A DNA stretch of 64,000 nt from Eubacteriales bacterium (lineage in GTDB: Bacteria; Bacillota; Clostridia; Lachnospirales; Lachnospiraceae). Made by a program: the position numbers and the translations under genes. The DNA is taken from positions 638-64,637 of the forward strand of contig JAUNJG010000007.1 in the NCBI GenBank assembly GCA_030533385.1, given 5' to 3'. The notes under the pieces were generated by a model that did not search any database, was not told the origin of the DNA, and saw nothing but the letters and a program-made list of their open reading frames with translations. Position 1 is the stretch's first letter. The number at the start of each line of letters is the position of its first letter. Below, piece by piece: positions 7,795-17,017 of this stretch.

Positions 7795-9734
7795 CAGAGG
7801 TTCTGAATAAGGCCGCCAGAGCTTATTATCAGGAGGACAGGGAGATGATGTCCAACAAGGAGTATGATGCCCTGTATGATGAGCTGGCGGCGTTGGAGGA
7901 GGAGACGGGCATCGTTCTCTCCGGAAGTCCTACTTCAAAAGTAGGATATGAGGTGCTGAGTGAGCTGGAAAAGATGCCCCACGATTCGCCCATGCTCTCG
8001 CTGGATAAAACCAAAAGCCCGGAAGCTTTGAGAGAATGGCTGGGAGAGCGAAGAGGGATGCTCTCCTGGAAGATGGATGGCCTTACCGTGGTGCTGACTT
8101 ATCGGGAGGGACAGCTTTACCGGGCGGTCACCAGGGGGAACGGTCTGGTGGGAGAGGTGATTACCAACAATGCCAGGGTGTTTGAGAATCTTCCGGCCAA
8201 AATCCCCTTTCAGGGCGAGCTGGTTCTTCGGGGGGAGGCGGTGATTCGCTACTCAGATTTCCAAAAGATCAATGAAAGCATAGAAAATGTGGATGCCAGA
8301 TATAAAAATCCCAGGAATTTGTGCAGCGGATCCGTCCGTCAGCTGAACAATGAAATTACGGCGAGACGCCATGTGTTTTTCTTTGCCTTCTCCCTGGTGA
8401 GCGCCGGGGACGGCCTGCCGTCAGACTCCGTGGAGGAAAATATGTGCTGGCTCCGGTCCCTTGGATTTGACATCGTTCCCTATGAGATGGTGGACGGCGG
8501 CACGGTGGAGGAGGCGGTGAGCCGCTTTGCAGGGAAGATAGCGGAAAACGATTTTCCTTCCGACGGCCTGGTGTTGATTTATGACGAGATTGCCTATGGG
8601 GTTTCCCTGGGCAGTACCGCCAAGTTCCCCCGCAATGCCATCGCCTTTAAGTGGGCCGACGAGGAGGCGGAAACCACGCTTCGGGAGATTTTGTGGAGTC
8701 CGTCGAGGACGGGGCTTATCAACCCGATTGCCCTTTTTGATTCCGTGGAGCTGGAGGGAACTACCGTGAGCCGGGCGAGCCTTCATAATCTGAGCATTAT
8801 GGACGGCCTCGCCCTGGGAATTGGCGATACCATCAAAGTATATAAGGCCAACATGATCATTCCTCAGGTGTCGGAAAACCTGACGGGAAGCGGGACTTAC
8901 GAGGTGCCGGAGCATTGCCCGGCCTGCGGTGCGAGGACGGAAATCCGCATGGAAAACGAGGTGCGTTCCCTCTACTGCCCAAATCCCTATTGCAGTGCCA
9001 AAAAAGTAAAGCTGTTTGCCCATTATGTAAGCCGGGACGCCATGAACATTGACGGGCTGTCTGAGGCGACCCTGACAAAAATGATTGAGAGAGGGTTCTT
9101 GTCGGAGCTGTACGACCTGTACACCTTGTCTCGGTATAAAGAGGAGATTATGGCCATGGAAGGGTTCGGGGAAAAATCTTACGCAAACCTCATCGCCTCC
9201 GTGGAAGCGTCCAGAAAGACGACGCTGCCCCGATTTTTATACAGTCTGGGTATCTTGAATATCGGGAGCGCCAACGCAAAGCTTCTTTGTCGGCATTTTC
9301 AATATTCTTTGGAGGACATGATGGAAGCTTCCGTGGAGGAGCTGGTGGAGATAGAGGGGATTGGAGAAGTGATTGCCGAAAGTTTTAGAGATTATTTTTC
9401 CAATCTTCACAACCGGGAGATGTTGCAGCGGCTGCTGGAATATCTTACCTTTGAGAAGATGCCGGAGGACACGCAGGGTGGACAAAGTCTTTCCGGCAAG
9501 GTGTTCGTCATCACGGGAACGGTGACACATTTTAAAAATCGAAAAGAGATGAGGGAGCGCATTGAGGCGTTGGGAGGAAAAGTGACAGGTTCCGTGTCCA
9601 AAAACACAGACTATCTGATAAACAACGACAGCACGTCTTCCTCCTCCAAAAATAAAAAGGCGAAGGAGCTGGATATTCCGATTTTGACGGAAGAACAGTT
9701 TTTAGAGATGATCGGGGATTCCCCGGAACGATAG
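7764..9734 (+). CDS. ligA: NAD-dependent DNA ligase
   Basis: 656 aa. A GTG start at 7764 is preceded by GAAGGAGGA. The adenylation motif SWKMDG is present, as are a Zn-finger (CPACGA...CPNPYC), HhH repeats and a C-terminal BRCT (GKVFVITG). Confidence 0.95.
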   Translation: MEKQQRIKELTEVLNKAARAYYQEDREMMSNKEYDALYDELAALEEETGIVLSGSPTSKVGYEVLSELEKMPHDSPMLSLDKTKSPEALREWLGERRGMLSWKMDGLTVVLTYREGQLYRAVTRGNGLVGEVITNNARVFENLPAKIPFQGELVLRGEAVIRYSDFQKINESIENVDARYKNPRNLCSGSVRQLNNEITARRHVFFFAFSLVSAGDGLPSDSVEENMCWLRSLGFDIVPYEMVDGGTVEEAVSRFAGKIAENDFPSDGLVLIYDEIAYGVSLGSTAKFPRNAIAFKWADEEAETTLREILWSPSRTGLINPIALFDSVELEGTTVSRASLHNLSIMDGLALGIGDTIKVYKANMIIPQVSENLTGSGTYEVPEHCPACGARTEIRMENEVRSLYCPNPYCSAKKVKLFAHYVSRDAMNIDGLSEATLTKMIERGFLSELYDLYTLSRYKEEIMAMEGFGEKSYANLIASVEASRKTTLPRFLYSLGILNIGSANAKLLCRHFQYSLEDMMEASVEELVEIEGIGEVIAESFRDYFSNLHNREMLQRLLEYLTFEKMPEDTQGGQSLSGKVFVITGTVTHFKNRKEMRERIEALGGKVTGSVSKNTDYLINNDSTSSSSKNKKAKELDIPILTEEQFLEMIGDSPER

Positions 9735-9764
9735 AAAGAAAAAACAGAAAAGAGATGATAGATT

Positions 9765-10694
9765 ATGCCAATTAGAATAGATGCAGAATTGCCTGCGAAA
9801 AAGATTTTGGAACATGAGAACATTTTTGTGATGGACTATGAGCGCTCCATGCGCCAGGATATCCGTCCTTTGCGAATTATGATTATGAATCTCATGCCCA
9901 CGAAGCAGGAGACGGAGCTTCAGCTTTTGCGAAGCCTTGCCAACACGCCGCTCCAGGTGGATATTTCCTTTCTGAAAACGGAAAGTCACGATTCCAAAAA
10001 TGTGTCGGCCTCCCATCTGGAAGCCTTTTATACTACTTTTACCGAGATTAAGGAAGATTATTACGATGGATTGATTATCACCGGGGCGCCGGTGGAAACG
10101 CTGGACTATGAGGAGGTGGATTACTGGCCCGAACTGGTGGAGATCATGGAGTGGTCCAAAACCCATGTAACCTCCACCTTCCACATCTGCTGGGCGGCGC
10201 AGGCGGGACTTTACTACCATTATGGCGTGAGAAAGTACCTGTTAGATGATAAAATTTTCGGTATTTTCAAACATACTACCATTCACAGGAAAACGCCGCT
10301 GGTGCGGGGATTTGACGATGTGTTCAACGCACCTCATTCCAGACATTCCGCCATCGTGAGGGAGGACGTGGAAAACTGTCCGGAGCTTACCATCCTGGCA
10401 GACTCCGAGGAGGCGGGGCCTTTTATTATCATGGCGAAGGAAGGCCGTCAGATTTTTGTCACCGGACATCCGGAGTACGACGTAGTGACGTTGGATAAGG
10501 AATATAAAAGAGATTTGGACAAAGGCATGGACAATGTGCCATTTCCCAAGAGCTATTATAAAGACGATGACCCGGAGCTTGGCCCGGTAAAATCCTGGCG
10601 GTGCCATGCCAATGCGCTCTATACCAACTGGCTCAATTATTATGTGTATCAGTTGACGCCGTACATTTCCGCAGAGATTAAAAATCTCAAATGA
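9765..10694 (+). CDS. metA: Homoserine O-acyltransferase (MetA family)
   Basis: MPIRIDAELPA...LRIMIMNLMPTK...HICWAAQAG...GHPEYD are MetA/HTS family hallmarks. Confidence 0.9.
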   Translation: MPIRIDAELPAKKILEHENIFVMDYERSMRQDIRPLRIMIMNLMPTKQETELQLLRSLANTPLQVDISFLKTESHDSKNVSASHLEAFYTTFTEIKEDYYDGLIITGAPVETLDYEEVDYWPELVEIMEWSKTHVTSTFHICWAAQAGLYYHYGVRKYLLDDKIFGIFKHTTIHRKTPLVRGFDDVFNAPHSRHSAIVREDVENCPELTILADSEEAGPFIIMAKEGRQIFVTGHPEYDVVTLDKEYKRDLDKGMDNVPFPKSYYKDDDPELGPVKSWRCHANALYTNWLNYYVYQLTPYISAEIKNLK

Positions 10695-10768
10695 CGGGAT
10701 GCTGACGATGCGAGAGTGCGCTGCCTGAAAGAAGGAGGGCCTGGCGCAGTGGGGCGGGAGAATCTGAG

Positions 10769-11986
10769 ATGGACAGAAAGACGATTTTAAAAACTTTACA
10801 TGCGCAAATTCATATCAACGGGCATATTATTGGGGCTGCCATAGGTTCCGGAATGGCGGCCAAATTTTCTGCCATGGGCGGAGCAGATTTTTTGCTGGCG
10901 CTGGGCGCAGGGAAATACCGCACCATGGGAAGAAGTTCCATGGGAACTTTTCTTTGTTATGGAAACAACAATGAGGATGTGATGGAGATGGGGAAGCGGG
11001 AGTTGCTTCCCATCATCAAAGACACGCCGGTGCTATTTGGACTGATGGCCAGCGATCCGTTTATCCATCTGTACGACTATTTAAAAGAATTAAAAGAGGC
11101 AGGATTTTCGGGCATTGTCAACTATCCGACGTTGGCGATGATAGATGGGAAGTTTCGAGAGGCGCTGGAGGAGGAAGGCAACACCTACAGCCGGGAGGCG
11201 GAGGCAATTCAGCTTGCTCATTATCTTGATTTGTTCACAGTGGCCTTTGTGACCAACAGCCGGGAGGCGGAGATGATGCTGCATGCGGGGGCGGACGTCA
11301 TCTGCGTGCATCTCGGGCTGACGAAGGGAGGGTATCTCGGGGCGAAAAAATACATATCCATCGACGAGGCCCGCCGTCTGACCGAGCATATTTTTCACCA
11401 ATGCGACGCCGCAGACAGGGATATCATCAAAATGGTATATGCCGGCCCTGCCAACACCCCCATTGACATGCACTATATTTATGAAACTACAAGATGTCAG
11501 GGATATATCGGCGGCTCTACCTTTGACAGAATTCCCACGGAGCGGGCCATTTACAATACGACAAGGGCATTTAAAAGTTATGGAAGCTTTGATAAATCTG
11601 ACCCTATGACCAGGCTCATCGACGGAGACTGGAATCCGGGCGACTATGTGGATTTTACAAGAAAATATATCGAGGAGCATTACATGGAGAACATTCAGCT
11701 CAGCGACATTGCCATTGTGGCTCACGTTTCCCCCTCCTATTTAAGTACGAAGTTTAAAAAAGAGACAGGGACGAACTTTACGGAATATCTGGTGCGGTTT
11801 CGCTTGAACAAGGCAAAGCAGCTTCTGGAAAGCAGCAATATCATATGTAAAGAAGCTGCGGAAAAAGTAGGATATTTTGACTATGCCCATTTCTCTAAAA
11901 TGTTCAAAAAATATAATGGAATGTCCCCGAGACAATACCAGGAAAACTGTAAAAAAGATAAAGTAGTTGTCTCGTTAGATATCTAA
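10769..11986 (+). CDS. AraC-family transcriptional regulator with an N-terminal PEP-hydrolase-like TIM-barrel (PF09370-type) sensor domain
   Basis: The N-terminal region of about 280 aa aligns along its whole length with the stand-alone TIM-barrel protein at 13530-14360. Examples are PVLFGLMASDPF / [32 protein letters not shown] / [20 protein letters not shown] and GADVICVHLGLTKGG / [15 protein letters not shown]. The C-terminal region of about 100 aa is an AraC HTH (IAIVAHVSPSYLSTKFKKETGTNFTEYL...GYFDYAHFSKMFKKYNGMSPRQY). Confidence 0.8.
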   Translation: MDRKTILKTLHAQIHINGHIIGAAIGSGMAAKFSAMGGADFLLALGAGKYRTMGRSSMGTFLCYGNNNEDVMEMGKRELLPIIKDTPVLFGLMASDPFIHLYDYLKELKEAGFSGIVNYPTLAMIDGKFREALEEEGNTYSREAEAIQLAHYLDLFTVAFVTNSREAEMMLHAGADVICVHLGLTKGGYLGAKKYISIDEARRLTEHIFHQCDAADRDIIKMVYAGPANTPIDMHYIYETTRCQGYIGGSTFDRIPTERAIYNTTRAFKSYGSFDKSDPMTRLIDGDWNPGDYVDFTRKYIEEHYMENIQLSDIAIVAHVSPSYLSTKFKKETGTNFTEYLVRFRLNKAKQLLESSNIICKEAAEKVGYFDYAHFSKMFKKYNGMSPRQYQENCKKDKVVVSLDI

Positions 11987-11987
11987 T

Positions 11988-12042
11988 ATAAACACAAGAA
12001 TAATTTACATAGTTACAAATAATCTGTGAAGATAAACACAAG
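11988..12042 (+). promoter_or_regulatory. Direct repeat ATAAACACAAG x2, a candidate operator between the AraC-type regulator gene and the UPF0261 gene
   Basis: Identical 11-mers lie at 11988-11998 and 12032-12042, 44 bp apart (about 4 helical turns), in an AT-rich intergenic region. Confidence 0.35.
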
Positions 12043-12169
12043 GAATCATAATATAAATACATTTAATAAGATGAGAGAAAAGAGTAGAATCAAGAGTATA
12101 ACCATTGGTTCTGCTTTTTTTGTATATTGGTATAAAAGAAGAAGGTATTTGAGGAAAGGAGATTGTGCA

Positions 12170-13396
12170 GTGAAGACGATAGCCATAGCCGGAACCTTTG
12201 ATTCAAAGGGGACAGAGTTTATGTATGTGAAAAATCTGGCAGAAGAGTTGGGGCTTAACACCCTGATGATTCACACCGGAGTCTTTGAACCGGTCTTTGA
12301 ACCGGATGTGTCCAACGGGGAAGTGGCGGCGGCGGCCGGATATGATATCAAAGAGGTTGCGGCCAAAAAAGACAGGGCGCTGGGAACGAAGGCGTTGTCC
12401 GAGGGGATGGAACGCCTGGTTCCAAAACTGTACGAAGAAGGAAAATTTGACGGGATTCTTTCTTTCGGAGGTTCGGGGGGAACCTCTCTCGTTGCGCCGG
12501 CCATGCGGGCGCTGCCTATCGGGGTGCCTAAGCTCATCGTATCCACCATGGCTTCCGGAGATGTGTCCAGATATGTGGGAACCAGTGATATTATCATGAT
12601 GCCGTCCATCGTAGATGTGGCGGGATTAAATAAAATATCTAAAACGATTTTTAAAAATGCCCTTCTGGCCATGTACGGAATGGTCTCCGGCGCAGAGCGC
12701 CTTGGGGCGGAGGAGGAAGACCACAAGCCTTTGATTGCGGCGACCATGTTTGGGGTGACAACACCGTGCGTGGAGCAGGCAAAAGCCTATCTGGAAGAAA
12801 AGGGATATGAGGTGATGGTGTTCCATGCGACGGGAACCGGCGGAAAAACGATGGAGTCTCTCATTGATGCCGGATTTTTTGCAGGCGTGCTGGATTTGAC
12901 GACCACAGAGTACTGCGACGAGGTCGTCGGAGGAATTTTGGCAGCCGGGCCGGATCGCTGTGGGGCGGCCATTCGTCAGGAAGTGCCGCAGGTTGTCTCA
13001 GTGGGAGCCTGCGATATGGTAAACTTTGGTTCTATCGAGACAGTCCCGGCACAGTTTGCAGGCCGGAATCTCTATAAGCATAATCCGATGGTCACTTTGA
13101 TGAGGACGACGGTGGAAGAAAATATAGAAATCGGAAAGCGTCTGGCGGAAAAATGGGACGAAACAAAGAGAAGGATGGTCGTTCTGCTTCCGAAGAAAGG
13201 CGTGTCTATGATAGATGCTGCCGGGGAACCTTTTGACGGGCCGGAAGAAAGGGAAACTTTATTCCGAACCATCAAAGAGAACATACGGAATGAAAAGGTG
13301 GAAATCATCGACATGGACAACAACATCAATGAGGAGGCGTTTGCTCTGAAGGCGGCGAGGACATTGCTGGAGCTGATGGAGGAGTCAGCTCATTAA
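12170..13396 (+). CDS. UPF0261 family protein (Tm-1 N-terminal-domain-like, predicted ATP-binding)
   Basis: A GTG start at 12170 is preceded by AGGAAAGGAG. The sequence KTIAIAGTFDSKGTE...SFGGSGGTSL...ATMFGVTTPC...FHATGTGG...LDLTTTE matches the UPF0261 pattern. The longest ORF from 12026 would add an implausible Lys/Asn-rich extension. Confidence 0.8.
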   Translation: MKTIAIAGTFDSKGTEFMYVKNLAEELGLNTLMIHTGVFEPVFEPDVSNGEVAAAAGYDIKEVAAKKDRALGTKALSEGMERLVPKLYEEGKFDGILSFGGSGGTSLVAPAMRALPIGVPKLIVSTMASGDVSRYVGTSDIIMMPSIVDVAGLNKISKTIFKNALLAMYGMVSGAERLGAEEEDHKPLIAATMFGVTTPCVEQAKAYLEEKGYEVMVFHATGTGGKTMESLIDAGFFAGVLDLTTTEYCDEVVGGILAAGPDRCGAAIRQEVPQVVSVGACDMVNFGSIETVPAQFAGRNLYKHNPMVTLMRTTVEENIEIGKRLAEKWDETKRRMVVLLPKKGVSMIDAAGEPFDGPEERETLFRTIKENIRNEKVEIIDMDNNINEEAFALKAARTLLELMEESAH

Positions 13397-13529
13397 ACAA
13401 TGCTTTGTTTTGCCCGTCACTGATAAAGGTGGAGTGTTTTTCCACGAGGGAATATGGTATCTAATGTCTTCCGGGGATGGAAGTCCCCTGGCATCAACAT
13501 AGCAATGGAAATGTATAGGAGGAAATGAA

Positions 13530-14360
13530 ATGTTAAGAAAATCCAGAAGTGAAATTTTAAAAGATTTTAAGGAGCAGGTATCTCAGGGGAAAATCCTGGT
13601 GGGCGTGGGTGCCGGAACAGGTATCACGGCAAAGTGCAGTGAGAAGGCGGACGTGGACATGCTCATCATCTACAATTCCGGACGTTTCAGAATGGCAGGC
13701 CGTGGCTCTTTGTCGGGACTGCTCTCCTACGGCGATGCCAATGCCATCGTGCAGGAGATGGGACAGGAAGTCCTTCCGATTGTAAAGAAAACCCCTGTGC
13801 TGGCCGGCGTCTGCGGCACAGATCCGTTCCGCGTGATGGATATTTTCTTAAAACAGCTGAAAGAACAGGGATTTAACGGGGTACAGAACTTCCCTACCGT
13901 CGGACTGATTGACGGAAAGTTCCGTGCAAACCTGGAAGAGACGGGAATGGGATACGGATTGGAAGTAGAGATGATTCGGGAGGCTCATAAACTTGACATG
14001 CTCACCTGTCCATATGTATTTGACCCGGAGCAGGCAAAGGCGATGGCGGAAGCAGGAGCAGATATTCTGGTGGCGCATATGGGTCTGACGACAAAAGGTT
14101 CCATCGGTGCGGAGACCGCTCTTACGCTGGATGACTGCGTGGAAAAAATCCGTGAGATTATCGCAGCGGGACGGGAAGTGAACCCTGACATTATGGTCAT
14201 CTGCCACGGCGGACCGATTGCCGATCCGGAAGATGCGGCTTATGTAATCGGAAAAGTGCCGGAAATTGACGGATTCTTCGGAGCTTCCTCCATCGAGAGA
14301 CTGGCATCCGAGAGAGGAATGACCGCACAGGCGGCAGCCTTCAAGGCCATTGAAAAATAA
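13530..14360 (+). CDS. Phosphoenolpyruvate-hydrolase-like TIM-barrel protein (PF09370-type, Tm-1 C-terminal-domain-like)
   Basis: 276 aa with SD AGGAGGAA. It is a full-length paralogue of the regulator's N-terminal domain and is the classical neighbour of UPF0261. Confidence 0.8.
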   Translation: MLRKSRSEILKDFKEQVSQGKILVGVGAGTGITAKCSEKADVDMLIIYNSGRFRMAGRGSLSGLLSYGDANAIVQEMGQEVLPIVKKTPVLAGVCGTDPFRVMDIFLKQLKEQGFNGVQNFPTVGLIDGKFRANLEETGMGYGLEVEMIREAHKLDMLTCPYVFDPEQAKAMAEAGADILVAHMGLTTKGSIGAETALTLDDCVEKIREIIAAGREVNPDIMVICHGGPIADPEDAAYVIGKVPEIDGFFGASSIERLASERGMTAQAAAFKAIEK

Positions 14361-14441
14361 AAAACGGTAAAAAAATTCCCGGCGGGCGTCCGGGAAGATA
14401 ACATGATCAATCAGATCGCTATCAAAGATTAAAAATTTTTT

Positions 14442-14477
14442 AAACAGGCATGGTTTGTATGTAATCATGCCTGTTTT
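14442..14477. terminator. Bidirectional terminator between convergent genes
   Basis: AAACAGGCATG (14442-14452) pairs with CATGCCTGTTT (14466-14476), with an A-rich tract upstream and a T-rich tract downstream. Confidence 0.55.
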
Positions 14478-14540
14478 GTGTGCGCCTTCCAGAGTGTGTG
14501 TCTGCCCGTCTGCCCGGCTATTTCTGCCCATCTTTGTTGC

Positions 14541-15104
14541 TCATATACCATATACGAACGCCCCGCAGAAAGCGGCTATGATAATCAGCGTAATCGGAGA
14601 AATCTGTTTTTTTAACACCGGTTTTGATGCAAACATGATGGTTCCGAGAAGAAGGGTCAAAAAGATGGACCTTCCGTCATAAGCGAAATTTTTGGTAAGT
14701 CCCAATGCATTGTTCAGAATCATAAATACGCCTGTAGCCAGAATGATGCCGATGATGCACGGCTTTAAACCGGAAAGAACCGCCTGCATATAACGGTTTT
14801 TCAGCAAGTTGGTTACCGTTGCTGTGACAAGAAGGATGATGACAAAAGAAGGAAGAACAACGGCCAGGGTGGCGAGGACAGCGCCGGGAAAGCCGGCCTG
14901 GCTGCTGCCGACGTAGGTGGCCAGATTGACCATGATGGGGCCGGGAGTGCTTTCGCTGACGGCAATCATGTAGGACAGTGCCTCGTCGGTGAGCCAGCCG
15001 TAAGAAAGGACGGTATCTCGAATGAGAGGGATTGCGCCATATGCGCCGCCAAAGGCAAAAAGGCCGACGTGAAGAAAACCAAGAAATAAATCGAGATAAA
15101 TCAT
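14541..15104 (-). CDS. chrA: Chromate transporter (CHR family, short-chain half, C-terminal-type)
   Basis: MIYLDLFLGFLHVGLFAFGGAYGAIPLI is the CHR signature. An ATGA overlap joins it to the upstream half-gene. Confidence 0.8.
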   Translation of the reverse strand: MIYLDLFLGFLHVGLFAFGGAYGAIPLIRDTVLSYGWLTDEALSYMIAVSESTPGPIMVNLATYVGSSQAGFPGAVLATLAVVLPSFVIILLVTATVTNLLKNRYMQAVLSGLKPCIIGIILATGVFMILNNALGLTKNFAYDGRSIFLTLLLGTIMFASKPVLKKQISPITLIIIAAFCGAFVYGI

Positions 15105-15673
15105 CGCTTTGCACCGCCTTTCTGCTTCTGCCTGTCTTTGGCAATGAAAATGAAAAGGCTTACGATTACGGCAGCCAGCATCAATGAGATGGATGAGAAA
15201 TTCCATGCAAAAATATTGATGGCGAGCATGGCCAAAAAGGAGCATAACATAATCATCTGGGATAGCGTTCCCTTTTGCATTTTTTTGACCATCGTAATTC
15301 CGGCCTTTAAAATCAAGATGCCAACGGCTATTTTGATGCCTTGAAATGCGTGGGTGATGACTGTGATTTCGAGGAAATGATCCAGAAACATGGAAATGAT
15401 GTAAATAACCGCAAAAGAGGGGACGATGATGCCGAAGGTCGCAGCTGCGGCGCCGGGAAATCCCGCCTGTTTATAGCCGACAAAAGTGGCGCAGTTGATG
15501 GCGATCGGTCCCGGCGTGGATTCTGCGATTACTGTCACGTTCATCATTTCATCGTGGGTGATCCACTGCTTTCGCTCGACGCAATTGTTTTCTATGATAG
15601 AGATCATTGCATAACCGCCGCCGAAAGTGAAAAAACCGATTTTCATAAACGTTAAAAATAAATCTAACAACAT
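15101..15673 (-). CDS. chrA: Chromate transporter (CHR family, short-chain half, N-terminal-type)
   Basis: LLDLFLTFMKIGFFTFGGGYAMISII is present. The gene is paired with the downstream half, as in short-chain CHR pairs. An alternative start is at 15697. Confidence 0.8.
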   Translation of the reverse strand: MLLDLFLTFMKIGFFTFGGGYAMISIIENNCVERKQWITHDEMMNVTVIAESTPGPIAINCATFVGYKQAGFPGAAAATFGIIVPSFAVIYIISMFLDHFLEITVITHAFQGIKIAVGILILKAGITMVKKMQKGTLSQMIMLCSFLAMLAINIFAWNFSSISLMLAAVIVSLFIFIAKDRQKQKGGAKR

Positions 15674-15892
15674 GTCCTGTACTCCTTTGATTCTCATCTC
15701 TTATCCAGTGTAAAATTTGTAACGATTCGATTATAACATCTCAGGCCCGCCTGCTTCTCTCGTCGGGGAGGACTTCGCAGGGCAGTCTTCTTTTTCATTA
15801 TACACGGATGCCATATGTTTGTGAACCACCCGCCGTCTAAAGTCAGTCCCTGGGCAGTCTTGCTTTCAATCGGGGACAGTATTTACAGGCAT

Positions 15893-15940
15893 AAAAAAGA
15901 ACGATGTCAATCATATAGAACCTGACACCGTTCTTTTTTA
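15893..15940. terminator. Bidirectional-looking terminator downstream of the RHH gene
   Basis: AAAAAGAACGATGTC (15894-15908) pairs with GACACCGTTCTTTTT (15924-15938) with one mismatch, flanked by A and T runs. Confidence 0.6.
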
Positions 15941-16019
15941 TTCTGCGTTTGAATCCTGCCGGCAGATGCCGCAAAAGAATATTTTGCAGGATTAGCGTCC
16001 CAGGGACAGCCAATGTCTT

Positions 16020-16214
16020 TTACACATGCTCCTCTAATTCATCGCTGATCACCATATGTTCCAGCGCATATTTTAATGCCATGCTGATAAGTTCATTTCT
16101 GGAACGATTGGTTTTGGCAGACAAATCATTGTATTGTTCCTGGAGTTTTCTTTCCATGCGAATGGTCATAGTAACGTAATTTTCTTCTTTGGGTGTAATA
16201 ATAAATTTATCCAT
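16020..16214 (-). CDS. Ribbon-helix-helix (CopG/Arc-like) DNA-binding protein
   Basis: 64 aa with SD GGAGAG upstream. It has an N-terminal beta-strand (VTMTIRMERKLQEQ) followed by two helices (YNDLSAKTNRSRNELISMALKYALEHM), the RHH pattern. No partner gene is nearby. Confidence 0.55.
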   Translation of the reverse strand: MDKFIITPKEENYVTMTIRMERKLQEQYNDLSAKTNRSRNELISMALKYALEHMVISDELEEHV

Positions 16215-16519
16215 ATATGTACTCTCCTGTTTTTTCTTTAGCTATATTATAGAGTGAAGTATGGGCATAAATCTATAACAGAAAATAGAGTGAAATTTCA
16301 ATGTAAATGTGATATTATTTATAATAGTATATCAGACATCATAAGAATCCCGTCTGACACATGAACTGCGGGAAGGCACAGGAAGAGATGCGGATAAGAA
16401 AAATGTCATACAGGGGTGGGCGCATCCTGCACCGGGCTCGCAGACAAGTTCGGAACAATATAGATGATAAATAAGGTTATGTATTATAGCAGAATATGGA
16501 AGGAAAGAAGGTTGGGAAA

Positions 16520-16816
16520 ATGAGAAAGAAACGATCTGTCAGAGAAGAGAAAAAAAGAGAAGAGAGATTGTTGTGGTACGGGATCTCTTGTTTTGGCGCA
16601 GTTTTTGTCGCATGGACAATGCGGAGGATATTTCCCGGGCAGGATAGCTTTTTTACTGTTTTGCAGTGCTTCTTTTTCTTTGCTGCTTTGTTTTTGATGT
16701 TTTTGTACGGATGGAAAAATCAGGATTTCTTTTTGGTGGAAGACTGGGATGTGGGGGAGGACGTGCTGGAAGAGCTGACAAAAATTATGAAAAATGCGAG
16801 GGAGAGGCTGCCCTAG
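16520..16816 (+). CDS. Hypothetical small membrane protein
   Basis: It has a basic N-terminus, two hydrophobic segments (LLWYGISCFGAVFVAWTM and FFFFAALFLMFLYGW) and an acidic tail. I recognise no homology. Confidence 0.35.
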   Translation: MRKKRSVREEKKREERLLWYGISCFGAVFVAWTMRRIFPGQDSFFTVLQCFFFFAALFLMFLYGWKNQDFFLVEDWDVGEDVLEELTKIMKNARERLP

Positions 16817-17017
16817 GTTTTCTGACACTTCATGACTCACAAAGAAGAACGTTGGCATCTGTCAAAACGCCCATGTCTGTGAACCTCATTTTACAATGCT
16901 TTGGCAAATGTTTGCGCGGTCTGTTCGGGACGTGTTACAATGTGCTGAGCAGGTGCGCCAAAGAAGTGGCGGGCAGAGTGCTTTTTTAGCGGAGAGGAGG
17001 ATGAGGACGGTTTGCAG

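Noticed and set aside
12026-12169. A 48-codon N-terminal extension of the UPF0261 gene in the longest ORF.
   Set aside because: The extension is Asn/Lys/Ile-rich sequence translated from the AT-rich promoter region. A GTG at 12170 with a strong SD gives the canonical family N-terminus (KTIAIAGTFDSKG).
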